Shown here one piece after another: positions 12,862-25,923 of a DNA stretch of 64,000 bases. A program made the position numbers and the translations under genes. The stretch comes from Octopus bimaculoides (taxonomy: Eukaryota). The first letter of the stretch is position 1; each line of letters starts with the position of its first letter. The notes beneath the pieces were generated by a model. It was not told the DNA's origin, did no database searches, and saw only the letters and a program-made list of their open reading frames with translations. Location: positions 27,799,022 through 27,863,021 of the forward strand of contig NC_069003.1 in assembly GCF_001194135.2 (NCBI RefSeq), read 5' to 3'.

Positions 12862-14769
12862 CACATAGGATTCCACACAGTTTTTATCTGTCAAATTCAC
12901 TCACAAGCACTAATCAGTCCAGGGCAATAGGATCAGACACTTACTTGAGGTGCCTTGTAGTGGGACTGAACCTTAAACCATGTCATTCAGAAGCAAGTTT
13001 CTTAACCACACAGCCATGCCTGCTTCTACAAACTCTATGGATGATACTAAGTCTATTTTGCTTTCTCCTAATGGCTTTACTCTGTGTAGCACCAAGATCT
13101 AATATTTAGCTATATGAGAATACAGGGTAATTAATCTTATTGATAGTAACTCACCAAAGACTGCCCCGCTTTCTGTTATTCAAACTTCATGTTTAAAGTG
13201 ATCTAAGTTATACTTCACCATCAAAATTTCATGCTAGTTTATGTCCAAAACACCAGCTTATTGCCAAAGTTATTTTCAAAATAAATTGAAACAAAGGCAG
13301 TGTACATCCACAGAAATATAGTAACAAAATGGTTGAGGACTGCATATGACCTACCACACACACATTACCAAACACACACATGCTCATATACACATACACA
13401 CAAACACAGATGCATACAGATGCACAGACATGCATTTTGTAATGTTTTTTTTTATACATATATCTATGTAATAATCAAATTCAGCACTCACACATACATA
13501 CACTCACATTTATATAAATTATAAAGAGAGAGATGGGGCGGGGAAAGCATTTTCTTTATGGGTGCAAGAGATAGATATTTGCCAATATGAGAATGGCTGA
13601 ACTAGTCCATGTCCCCAGGGGTGTAAAGGGTCAAGATACACAACGTTTGTGATTCATGGTGGAGATTAATCTGTTCAATCCAGTGTCCAGGATGATGTAT
13701 GAAGTAGATGTAATGATAGCTTTAAAGCAAAGCTTTGGAGTTAAATCATTCAACTATCAATACAGAGTGTTTATGTCTGTCAATTAAGATATCTAATTCT
13801 GCTCACTCCAGTTTGCCTGGCTGACTGGCACAAAAACAGGTTTCACCATCTACACCATATTTTGCAGCAGGAAAGGCTTTGCTTTGCAGCTGTGTGGCTT
13901 CAGATTCAATCCTACTTCTTCCCTTTTCGTTTTTTCTTCCTCATCCTTTCTCTAATTCTTCCTATTTTACTTCCAAATAAGCTTATTTTTTCATCATGTC
14001 AGTACCAAACCACACAACAGCTGTGAAATTGTTAAGATACTATAACCACTGAGCAAATGCCTATGAACAGAAACTACCTTGAGACATAATTCAGTTTTAC
14101 TACAGTCTGTTGGGCTGACAAATGGGTTCCACTACTCTTTGAGAAGAAGAGCACATCAGTTATTACAGTAACTGCCCCAACATGATATCTGTAAAAGAAA
14201 CTCCATATCGCACTGTGAAGTGATATCTTCACATCATACTGTTAAGACACAGTTTTAAAAATATCTCTACATATTACATTTTTAAGAGTTATCATTAAAA
14301 ATCTTTTCATATCTTGCTAATAAAATTTTTCATATCAGACAGTTGAAAAATAACTTTAAAATAGATATCCGCATTGCATATTATTAACAAGAATATTTAA
14401 CAAGAATACATTCTGCCCTTGGTGTATTAATTTTCAAAATAATCTTGACTTATGAGAAGTTTAGTGAAGTAATACATTTTTTATATACTGAAATCTTATA
14501 TTGTCTTTTATCTGATAATGATATTACAGTCAGAGATTTGAATTTAAATTTCAATACTTTCACTGAGTTAGTTTTAGGTGCATTGGTGTTGAATGAGTTA
14601 AAAAGAGTTATATAATGAATTCTTTTTAACTCGTTTAACATTGTTAAAACTTGTCTTTAAAAAGATATTCCAAAGTGTTTTATACTACAGTAAAGTAACA
14701 GCAGAGGAAAACCAAGTGGATATGTAGAAATAGAAGAAAGCTTTGTGACAGAGGTTCAATTCTTACTCT

Positions 14770-15175
14770 TTTAATTGTTTCAGTCATTTGACTGCGGCCA
14801 TGCTGGAGCACCACCTTTTTTGTCGAGCAAATCGACCCCAGGTCTTATTCTTTGGAAGCCTAGTACTTATTCTATTGGTCTCTTTTGCCGAACCGCTAAG
14901 TTACGGAGACGTAACCACACCACCATCGGTTGTGAAACGATGCTGGGGGGGGGGGGCAAACACAGACACACCAACATATACACACACATACATACATATA
15001 CATACATATATACGACGGGCTTCTTTCAGTTTCCATCTACCAAATCCACTTACAAGGCTTTGGTCAGTCCCAGGCTATAATAGAAGACACTTGCCCAAGG
15101 TGCCACGCAGTGGGACTGAAGCTGAAACCATGTAGTTCATAAACAAACTACTTACCACACAGCCACTCCTACACC
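14770..15175 (-). mobile_element. tRNA-headed SINE, family C (~400 bp, internal CA/TG tract)
   Basis: Reverse complement of GGCTGTGTGGTAAG...GGTTCAGTCCCACTGCGTGGCACCTTGGGCAAGTGTCTTCT; further copy at ~12865-13025. Confidence 0.85.
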
Positions 15176-15194
15176 TATATATGTAAATACATAT

Positions 15195-15269
<75 letters not shown>

Positions 15270-15293
15270 TATGTATATACATANNNNNNNNNN

Positions 15294-15348
<55 letters not shown>

Positions 15349-15559
15349 TTGTGTGTGTGTATGTATGTAAGTATAAAAGATGATAAAGTCATAAATGAGA
15401 GTAATAGGATAATGGGAAAGAGAGAGAGAAAGAGATGGACAGACTGACAGACAGACCGATATATGATAGTTGTTGTTAAGGAGATTCAGTAGAAACAGCA
15501 TATGTGAGGGAAATTTAAGATTAAATATTAAAAATCTCCAACAAATGAGTGTTAGATTC

Positions 15560-15930
15560 AGAATTTGCTAAGGTGGCATTGCAGGGGAAGAAGGAATGAC
15601 AGTTGAGAGACTAAGTGACAGAAGAGAAAGAAATGGAAGAGCTAAAGAGGGAGAGGGTGAGGCAGAGAGAGAGAGGGGTGGAGAGTGGGAGTGAGATTGG
15701 TAGGGAAGGGTGAGAGTGTGGTGGATGTTAGTAATGAGTGATAGGAAAGAGAGTAGTAGAAGAGTGAGTGAGAGAACGATTAGGAAGGGAGAGTGAGTGA
15801 TGGGTGTCAGTAATGAGAGATAGAAGAGAGAATAATGGAAGAGTGAATGAGAGAGTGATAGGGAAGGGAGAATGAGTGATGGATGTTAGTAATGAGTGAT
15901 AGAAGAGAGAGAGAGTAATGTGCAAGAAGA
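15560..15930. repeat. Purine-rich (GA/GAGT) low-complexity tract with internal repeats
   Basis: Strong strand-asymmetric purine run; repeated GAGTGATGGATGTTAGTAATGAGTGATAG units. Confidence 0.85.
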
Positions 15931-16661
15931 CTAACGGATAGCAATATAGAGAGGTGGCTTTGGAGGAGAATCAATGATAAGAGAGTACGTAATGGATACC
16001 AGTGAGAGATTGGAAGAAGTATCAAGAGAGAAAATTGTGACAGGGTGGTTTAATATGAACATAGTGGGTAGGAGGGACCCAAATGCAGGAATTACACATC
16101 TCACCTCCATTAATATCATTTCCATCATTTCTGCATCTTATTTTCCATATTTGCACAGAAGAGAAAAAAAAATGTTATACAAAATTGAGAAAAATCAATT
16201 TTTGGATTGAAATATCATTATTGTATTATCACTATTTCTCCATCACAATGTTTAACCACTTATCATGATCCATTGTCATCTCTTTTGTGAGGCTTAGCCA
16301 CTTGAGATGAGTCTTCACCACTTTTCTCCGTGATTTTCTCTTCTACAGGTTCTATGAATGCAGGCGTGGGTGTGTGGTAAAATGTTTGCTTCCTAACCAC
16401 ATGATTTCAGATTCAGTCCCACTGCATGACACATTGGATAAGTGCCTTCTACTATAGCCCTTTTGAGTGAATTTGGTGGATGAAATCTGAAAGAAAACTA
16501 AGATATATGTACTGGGGCTGGTATCATCAACTGAAACCCTTCAAGGTGATAGATGTGTATATGTAGGAGTATCTTTATACTGCCTCTGCCAGAAACATAG
16601 TATTTTTCTTCACATTCATGAGTGAAACAACAAACAAATGTTGGTATGATAAGCGCTAAAC

Positions 16662-17297
16662 CAGTGGTTCTCAACCATTTTTTTCATCCATGGTCCCTTT
16701 TCATTCCCATTTTATTTGGGTGAACCCTCAGCCATTCAATGTTTTAAAAATCCTATTATATTTTATAATTAAACATTATAGGTGCAGGCATGGCTGAGTG
16801 GTGAGAAGCTTGTTTCTCAATGACGTGGTCCCGGGTTCAGTCCCACTGCGTACCACCTTGGGCAAGTGTCTTCTACTATAGACTCAGGCTGACCAAAGCC
16901 TTGTGAGTGGATTTGGTAGACAGAAACTGTAAAGAAGCTCATTGTAAATGTGTGTGTGTGTGTGTGTGTGTGTGTATTTGTGTCTGTGCTTGACCCCCCA
17001 AAATAACTGCTTGATAACTGGTTTAGGTGTGTTTTCATCCCTGTAACTTAATGATTCAAGAAGGATAGATTAAGTACCAGGTTTTAAAAAAATGCCCAGG
17101 GGTTGATTTGTCCAACTAAAACACTTCAAGGTGATGCCCCAGCAAGTAAAAGAATAAAATAATAAAAGCATTATTAGGAATTGTATAAAAAAATTGTTAA
17201 AATCTTTCATTGAATATTTTAGAAGTATATCTAATTTTATTGCACATAAATTTTAGCAACAAAATCTTATATGGACCCCACTGGTTGGGAATCCCTG
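16662..17297. mobile_element. Non-autonomous hAT (Charlie-type) element with a nested family-C SINE at ~16783-17165
   Basis: Termini CAGTGGTTCTCAACC ... GGTTGGGAATCCCTG; related element at 36630-37000. Confidence 0.75.
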
Positions 17298-17476
17298 TTC
17301 TAGGCTTAAAAGGAAAAGTAAATGATGAATATGAGTTTTGATGTCATCCACAGAAACCCTTTAAGGTGGTGCTACAACATGGCCACAGTCCAAAAAGTAA
17401 ACAAGTTTTAAAAAATAGCAAGTGTATATATGTGTGTGTATATTAATTCTGGAAATGTGACAACTGGTTGGATTAC

Positions 17477-17523
17477 AGAAGGGAACGAATTGCCAATTGC
17501 TGGAGATATTTTTATTATTGGAT
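17477..17523 (-). CDS. Candidate internal exon (47 nt): xPIIKISPAIGNSFPS or SNNKNISSNWQFVPF
   Basis: Long polypyrimidine acceptor TTTTTGTACTTTTTGTGTTTGAAG, moderate donor TCT|GTAATC; frame ambiguous. Confidence 0.3.
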
Positions 17524-17823
17524 CTTCAAACACAAAAAGTACAAAAATCACCATAAAAAGGAAATAAAAAAATTGGAAAAAGTTTTTGTTTTCTACTGAA
17601 AAATGCCAGGTAAATACCATAAGGTGTGTGAGTTATGTGTGAATTTGCATGTATTAATAAGTCTGAGTATGTGTGTGTGTATGTGTGTGCGTGCGTGTGT
17701 GTGATTGAGTTTGTCTTGGAGTGAGTGTGATGTATGTGTGTGTGATGTATGTGTGTGTGATATATGTGTGTGTGTGAGTGCCAACATACATATATGCACC
17801 TACACGTATCTACATCTACATGT

Positions 17824-17924
<101 letters not shown>

Positions 17925-18353
17925 TATTTAGATACATATATACACGCACACCCATATACATATACACATATGCATACTTACACATATACATACTCACACA
18001 TATATATACAGATATAGAAACGTGTATATACACACACACACACACGCACATATTTTTGTTTATACACTTTTGAATATGAATCAAGTGTATTTGCTGATGT
18101 GAATGTTGCCAGAAAACTGCAAGGAATCTAAAGTAGATAGTCCTGGCAAAGATGGTGGCTGTCAAAAGCAGTGAGGTGGTGGGTGTATGATATGAATATT
18201 AAGTATATAACTTGGGAGGGGGGGGGAGAAGTGACAGCTACCTGGTTGGGTGGATGGTTATGTGTAAGGTCACAATTAAGGGCAGCAGACAGATAATAGA
18301 GGGTTACAAACACCCATATATACACACATACATACATATATATATATATATGA

Positions 18354-18384
<31 letters not shown>

Positions 18385-18662
18385 GATGATGATGGTGACA
18401 TATACACAAACATATGGTCTAATCTATTTATAGAAGTGTAAATATTAAATTCTATTTTGACCTACACGTGTGTGTGAGTGTGTCGATATGTATGAATGTA
18501 TGTATCTATGTATATATCTATATATTTGTTTATATTTGTATGAATACATACACATATATATATATGCACACATGTATTTACATATGTGTGTGTGTATCAT
18601 CATTATCACTTAACATCCGTGTTCCATGCTAGCATGTATATATATATGTATATACATATACA

Positions 18663-18710
<48 letters not shown>

Positions 18711-18908
18711 GACATATATGCACACATGCACACACACACATACATATATATATATTCTCTCTGTTCATTTTCTCTTATTCCTGTCTGTTGAAGAGCGTAG
18801 GCTCGAAGCGTAAAAGACTTTTTCATTTTTCTGAGCGTCAAACTAATGCACTTGCTTGTTGTTCATACACCTGTCTTCATCCTTTGTTTTTCTATAAATT
18901 TCAACTGC

Positions 18909-18949
<41 letters not shown>

Positions 18950-19039
18950 ATATAAACATAGTGAGAATAAGCTGGAGAATTGGTTGTAAAAGTTTTCTTA
19001 ATTACATCATCATAATTGATCATCATCATAATTGATGAT

Positions 19040-19585
19040 CTAATGAGAAAAATGATAAAGAAGAATTTGCAACTGAAGTTCCAGTTTTATTATGGATCTT
19101 GGATGTATACAGTACGATCTGTTTTAAATGTATATAAAACCAGACAGAAATTGGAGCACAAACTGATTGGAAGTTGGACATTCATGGATTCAGATAAAGT
19201 CTCAAGCAAAAGTTTAGTGTTACACTGTCTCACTTGCAATAATGACTTTTCAATTTTATATTTGGTTTGCCTGTAGACATGAAGGAGATCAGATATGTTA
19301 TCGATGAAGTTGTGAATAGCGATGAAAGGACTTTCGTTAAGATGTTACAGGAATGACTTGCAAGATGGACTCTTCAAGCTAAGCCATCCAGTAGGAGATC
19401 TAGGGGCAGACCAAGAACAAGATGGTCGGATAATATTCATAGTTTCAGTTGGTCTGATTTGGGAATCCATTTGAAAAGTCTAATGACAGTTGCTTCTGAG
19501 AGGACCCTATAGAAGAGATGCCTAAGTACTCTATCCTCATGACCCTTCCAGGAATTGTGAGCGGAAAAGATGGATGGATGGAATT
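19040..19585 (+). mobile_element. RTE LINE 3' end remnant
   Basis: Frameshifted VPVLL(Y)GS and ARWTLQAKPSSRRSRGRPRTRWSDNI (RTE C-terminal GRPRxRW motif), ending in (GATG)n. Confidence 0.8.
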
Positions 19586-20399
19586 ATGTAATTGTAAAGC
19601 ATGTAATTGTATTCTTGTTTTTATTTCTCATTTAACTGTCTCCTATCCTGTGATATGCTTTAATAGAATTTGAATAAGAAACTAAATGAATCATACATTC
19701 ATAAATACATAACTATGAAGCTATGCGACACGCATATACTAGAACGAAGCAACAAAGAATTGTTTTCTATATAACTGAAATACCCTAAGGTAATCAGACA
19801 TATAAGAAGAAATAATAAGAAATAATAAAACCATTATGCAAATTAGATCTATTTTTCACCATTGAACAACAAACTCTTGAGTTATTTATAGGATTAAAGT
19901 GAGAATTATGAAAAATGATTGAATGAAATTCCATGTACATTGAGCAATATTTTAATTGGATATTTGATTTTTTTAAAAACAGATGTTGGGTAATTACCTT
20001 ACAAATAATTGCTATCTATTTTTGCATTCTTCTTCCTCCTCCTCCTTCAACTCCAATTCCTTCTTTTTCTCCTTTCTTTCTCTTCTTTTTCTTTCTTCTC
20101 CTCCTCCTTTTACTTCTTCTTCTCCTCCTCCTCCCCTCTTTTTCTTCTTCTTTACTTCTCATTCTCTCACTTCTTCCCCTTCTTTATAACTATTATAGTG
20201 GATGGACTGGCAAAATCACCAGAACACTGGACAACATACCTGACAGCATCTAGTCATAGTTCTTTGAATTATGAGCTCAAATGCCACTGATATCAACTTT
20301 GTCTTTCATCTTTTCTGGGATCAATAAAATTAAAGCCCCAAACAAGTACTGAAACTGATTTAATTGACTAATCTTTCCCCTAAAATCTCTGGCCTTGTG

Positions 20400-21640
20400 C
20401 CTACAAGGTTTTGCAAAAATCTTGTTACACTCATTACGACACTCTCAACAAAGGACATAACAAAAGTTCTGATGCAGTTAGACACATTTTTATTGTTTTA
20501 ACATAGAAATTTGTGTTTAAATATTAATATTTATTTCTTTATTGCCCACAAGGGGCGAAACATAGAGGAGATAAACAATGACAGACAAAGAGATTAAGTT
20601 GAATACATTGGCTGCAGCGCATAACTGGTACTTATTTAATCGACCCTAAAAGGATGAAAGGTAAAGTCAACCTCAGCAGAATTTGAACTCAAAACGTAAT
20701 GGCAGACGAAATACTGCTAAGCATTGTACCCGGCATGCTAACAATTCTGCTAGCTCGCTGCCTTAAATATTAAATATTAATATTAATCAATGTGGCTGCC
20801 CTACATGCTCCACACAAGACCTGAAGGCTGTGCACATATTGTGGACAAAGTACTTCCTCATGCTGGTCCACATGTATTTGATGGAGGACTTCAGTTTGTC
20901 GATGTTGCTCTGGTGGCAGACCTTGCAAGCCATGCCCTTGACCACACACTGTAGTCAAGGGGGTGAGGTCGGGCGACTGCAACAGCCAAAAGTCCTTTGA
21001 CCAGCAGTTCGTGTTTGACCCCAACCACTCTTGCATGTCCTTGGCTGTGTAGGCCAGGGCACCATCCTGCTGAAAGATGTAGTCTACATTCTTCATTAAC
21101 TTTCTAATGCAGGGCAGGACTTTTGTGGTCAAGATGTCCCTGTGGTCAGCTGAGTGAACCTGTAACCAGCTGTGAACTACACCAGTGGCATCTTTTTGCC
21201 ATTGGAAGCCACAATGCCGAGCATAACACAGAGGCTAGGTGCTTGGTTGTAGACATGTAGTGGACCTCGGAGACATCCTGGCCAAAACTGATCATGCAGT
21301 CGTTCTGCTTGTTAATGACCGGATAGACCGTGAAGATATTTTCATCAGGAAAACAAGAATTCGATTGCCATGACACTTCAAGTTGTTGTGAAGGCAATGA
21401 CAGCACTCCTGATGTTGCTCTCGCATACGGTCAGTGAGCAGAGTCATCTCCATGCACCTCAATCTCTTGCTGCCCTCCTCTTTGATGGCCCTGAATACCA
21501 TGGCCACCAAGATGTAGCTGTTCTTCATGAGCACAGTCATTTTGAGCTTCGGGTCACTTTCGAAGGCATTTCTCACAGCCAAACAGATGACAGTTATAAT
21601 AATAGGTTCTATGAAGAGGTACATGTCAACACTGCAGAAA
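20400..21640 (-). mobile_element. Degenerate IS630-Tc1-mariner transposon, maT/DD37D-like transposase fossil
   Basis: Fragments FPDENIFTV...NKQND, KHLASV and YIFQQDGALAYTAK..QEWL..WSKDFW..QSPDL; frameshifted; split by a SINE at ~20530-20763. Confidence 0.85.
20530..20763 (-). mobile_element. Family-B SINE inserted into the transposon
   Basis: B core on the minus strand; flanking TAAATATTAATATT duplication. Confidence 0.85.
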
Positions 21641-21954
21641 CAAACACACAATATAAGTGTTTCTTTACTTCACTGATATTGAGTAAAGCCAGTTGCTCAT
21701 GGAGATATCGAAGAAAGAACAAATACCATTTAGAAGCAGCAGCATCAGTAGTAGTAGTAGTAGTAACTTTTACATTCTGTGTTCAAATCCTGTTGGAGCA
21801 GACATCTTCTCAGTGCTAATACAATAAGCACAAGATGTGTGTGTGTGTGTGTGTGAGAGAGAGTTTCCATTCATTTGAGAGTACTTATTCTTCCACATTC
21901 TTTAATAAATAACTTCAGTCCCAAAGTAAAAAAAAGTTTTTTTTATTATCAAAG

Positions 21955-22047
21955 ACACAAGACGATACCAGAAATGGTAATGCTAATGATTTCTTTGAAA
22001 TCATGGAAGCAAAGATCAAAAAATGGCAGAGAAAAAAATTTTTTTAA
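21955..22047 (+). CDS. Candidate terminal coding exon TQDDTRNGNANDFFEIMEAKIKKWQRKKFF*
   Basis: Acceptor GTTTTTTTTATTATCAAAG; phase-0 start compatible with 10371-10441; followed by repeat-poor UTR-like sequence with AATAAA at 22387 and 22507. Confidence 0.35.
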   Translation, partial: TQDDTRNGNANDFFEIMEAKIKKWQRKKFF

Positions 22048-23174
22048 ATGGTTGTCAAATATTTGGTCAAAATCTAACAGATAACGAAAGGAAAGAAATT
22101 CTTGATTCTACAGAATAATGGATCTGAGAAATTATTCCACATTGTTGCAGCTAGAACTTGTACTGCAACACATTTGATATCTTTGAGAAAATTCACAAAT
22201 TAGATTAAAATAATTCTTGCTTCCATTTTGTGCATTACCATAGAAATATTTGAACAGGCACTAATGAATATTTCAAAGTGAATTACGAGACACACGCAAA
22301 CACAGATACATTCAAAGAACATAGATATACACATGTCACAGAAATGAAACAAACAGACAGTATTTACAAGAGATGTCACGAGAAAGAATAAACACAAACA
22401 AATACAGTGTCCTCACTATGGAATTATCTATCACCTGTGGATACAAATATTAAAAGATTGTTATCGAAAGCAATTCCGTCTTTTGAAGCATAACAAGAAT
22501 TTAGAAAATAAATAAATAGATGCATAAAAAGATATAGAAATAAAAATTAAAAAAAGAAACACCAGTTAATTGTTTTAGAATTCACAAACATCCTATAAGT
22601 AGTTGAAGCTACAGGATATACACAATATTGCAACAGGTGTTAATTATCCTTTTCATAATATTACTTTCACTCATGCGTAATTATATTAGGTGCTGGTATT
22701 ACTGTGTGGTTAAGAAGCTCACTTTGCAGCCATATAGTTTCAGGTTCAATTCCACCACACACAACTTTGGTCAAGTGTCTTCTGCTATAACGTTGGATCA
22801 ACCAATGTTTTTACGTGTAAATTTGAGAAGTGGAAATTGTAGAAGTCCACTGCGTATGTGTCATCGTCATCATCATCATCATCGTCATTTAATGTCCGTT
22901 GTCCATGCTGGCATGGGTTGAATTGTAGGAGTTCACTGTGTATGTGTCATTGTCATCATCATCATTTAAAGTCCATTGTCCATGCTGGCAGGGGTTGGAC
23001 AGTTTGACCAGGGCTGATAAGTTGTGTGTGTGTGTGTATATATATATATACATATATGTATGTATATATATTTATAAAAAATAATTAAGATTCAGTTGAA
23101 TTACGCACTTAAGTTGAAGCACCATGTCAGTCTGGTATTATCCGCACAGCTCGAAGAAAGGTGAATAAAATCAT

Positions 23175-23300
23175 AATTTCACTTGCCCCTATTCTTATTC
23201 TAGCAGCTACACTTTCAGTACACTCTCCCCTGCTACTAACTTGGTCACCTAGATAACGGAAGCTATCAACTACTTCTAGTTTTTCTTCCTGGAATGTGGC
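23175..23300 (-). mobile_element. RTE LINE RT remnant
   Basis: Translation EKLEVVDSFRYLGDQVSSRGECTESVAARIRIG matches the RTE FxYLG motif. Confidence 0.8.
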
Positions 23301-23584
23301 AAAAGATAAAAGAATTACTTCAATGTTGAATACTATTCTACAGGTAATTCTGCTTTATAAATGTTATTGTATCTACCTACTGTTCAAGGTTGACAGACAG
23401 AAAGAACGCAGTCTGATGTATTGGTCTCCTGTTCTTCATCAGAGAATGATGAAAGATTCACTGCTGACAGACTAACTAACAACTTTGTTGTTCTTTATTC
23501 TCTGATGGAGAGCAATAATGCAAAATATTAAACTTTACACTCTTGTGACATCAATCAAATTTATCAACATCACACAGACTCCAC

Positions 23585-23644
23585 TTTGGATAAATTGTTG
23601 CCGGTACAGACTGTCACCAATTTATTCAGATTCTGAACTTTTGC
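23585..23644 (-). CDS. Candidate exon (60 nt, phase 0 to 0) AKVQNLNKLVTVCTGNNLSK
   Basis: Strong acceptor TTTTCCAAATCGTTTATCTTGTACTCTAG, single open frame; donor AAA|GTGGAG weak. Confidence 0.3.
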
Positions 23645-24999
23645 CTAGAGTACAAGATAAACGATTTGGAAAATTAAAGAGTGGAGCTTGATGTCAAACT
23701 GATAATTTTAATTCTTCTTAATATCTTAATGATCTTAATATGTATACTACAGTATGAAAAAAGAATTAATGAAATGTTGGATTCATTTCATTGGCATGAG
23801 CAATAAATAGCCTCCAGTTAACTCAGATGTCGAAATGAATTGCAACATTGCTAGTACCAAGCTGTATTGGCCTTGGATAACATTGGTGGCATGGAGAGGG
23901 GAGGCTGGTATGTAGGGACGACTGTTGGCCTTCCATAAAACAACCTTGCTTGAATTGAAGGGGATCTTTTTTTATACTGTTCGAGATCAAATGCCAGTGA
24001 GGTGTTTGCTTTCATATTTTCAGGGTTGATAAAATAAAGTACCAGTCAAGTACTAGGGTCGACGGTATTAGCTAAGACCCTATCACTAAAATTGCTGTCC
24101 TTTGGTCAAAATTTGTAACAATTATTACATCTTTTTCTAAAGCTTCATGATGGGGTATTTGTAAAATTCCATTGTGACAGGGAACTGTTGAGCTATAAAG
24201 CATTAGGAACCAGTAATCTAAGACTATATTATCCACTTTTTAAGGTCATAGGTTGTAATTTAAGGGAGACCTGGTTCTTATTTCTAGCAGATGGAACGAC
24301 CTCGTACAGGTTTTCTCGTTGGCCTGTGTTGTTTAGCTCTGGGTCAATTCAGACTTAGTAGACTTAGGATCAAAGATATTCCTACCATAACCATGGTCTC
24401 TTGGTCATTGTATATCTAGGACTACATTATTCAATGTGTTCTGCCTTTTCTAAAACAGTAGGGTATGATTTGAAGGTGATTTGACAGCTATTTTTTTTAA
24501 CCAGATCAAACTACTTCCTTGAGGTTATGTTGTTAGTTTGCTTTGATAGGCATAGCAGGGCCTTATAATTAATCATTGTAAATTCATTTACAAGACCTGG
24601 GAGCTTCAGTACACTTTTTAACATATCAAAGAATATTGTATCTTGGACTACATTATTCAATGTGTTCTTCAAAGTCGTTAGGATACGATTTCCATAACAC
24701 TCCAGGGTTTCTAAGTTGAACAAATAAACATCACATATTTTTATTAATCAATTTTTTTTAATAATCAATACGTCTATTTTGACCATAAATCAAGAGCAAA
24801 AATGTAAATTCAAACTAAATCCTGACACATGGAATATTGAATATTTAAAAAAGATTCAAAATTGTTTTAAACCATCCCTTGTAGTCAGGGTTGGAATAAA
24901 CCATTAAGCGAAATAAGCATGTGCTTAGGTCATCAAGAGAAGTGGGAAGCACCATGGAAATGGTAAATGGGTTGTGGCATAAAACAAATCACTTTAAAC

Positions 25000-25059
25000 T
25001 TGATAAAATAATATTCTGGACGTCTCATATAATCGTAAATATAATTTCAAAATATTCAT
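25000..25059 (-). CDS. Candidate first coding exon MNILKLYLRLYETSRILFYQ
   Basis: CACCATG context just downstream of the promoter motifs at 25129-25285; donor GTTTAA weak. Confidence 0.2.
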
Positions 25060-25119
25060 GGTGTCGTAGTGAGGATCTGATCTTTGTAATTATAAAATGT
25101 AGGAGACAACTTTTCAAAT

Positions 25120-25300
25120 ATAAATAAAGCGGAAGTATACAAAATTAAACATTATTTTCCATCTTATTGTTAGTTTTGTTTCGTTTTGAAGAATAAAAAT
25201 TTATTTCATGGTTTATTATTGCATATATTTTGAATTGCATATATATATGGGACTACTACGGGTCTTCATTTGGACTCTGTAGTTTACAACTGAAAGAAAA
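25120..25300 (-). promoter_or_regulatory. Housekeeping-type promoter candidate at the edge of the CpG-retaining domain
   Basis: ETS-like GCGGAAGT (25129-25136) and ZNF143/Staf-like AAACTACAGAGTCCA on the minus strand (25271-25285); coincides with the CpG transition. Confidence 0.45.
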
Positions 25301-25797
25301 AACGAGTTACTTTTATAATCGTATTTGATGCCATGTAAGGCATTTTTCAAAAGAGAGAGAGAGAGAGAGAGAAAGAAAGAAAGAAAACTGAGTTCTCCGC
25401 ATGCCATGTTGGTCTTATATTACGTCTATCTCTTGACAACCAATGCTGGTTTGCTTACATGACCGTATCTCAGCAATTTGGCAAAAAGAAAACGGTAGAA
25501 TAAGTACCAGGCTTAAATAATAATAAAAACAAAACAAAGCAAAGAAGAAAAGATAAACAAAACAAAAAAAATGTGCAGATGCTGAAGTCGAGGCTCTGGT
25601 GTAATGACTGAACCAAGTAAACGGTAAGAGATGTAATAATCAAATTATATGTTATGCCCTTTATTGTGTTGTGTTCCCTTTGTCCCTGGGAAAATTGTTT
25701 TGCATGAAACCGGTCCATGGTGCAAGAACTGTTTTTCCCCTGAATATGCGCTGCTGAAATTGAGGTGAGCTTAATTATGACCGTGCGTCATTTTATT

Positions 25798-25923
25798 TAA
25801 AAGAGCATTTAAAAAATAATTTAACATTGCACTTACGTGACTGTTCCTTTATGTTTGGACTAAAAGAGCATTTTTTAAATAATTTAACAATGCACTTAGG
25901 CGACTGTTCTTTTATGTTTGGAC
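25798..25923. repeat. Two-copy tandem duplication, 63-bp unit
   Basis: TAAAAGAGCATTT...TTTATGTTTGGAC twice, with a few substitutions. Confidence 0.9.

Noticed and set aside
17448-17600. Protein-like frame FWKCDNWLDYRRERIANCWRYFYYW on +
   Set aside because: In-frame stop immediately upstream and no acceptor AG
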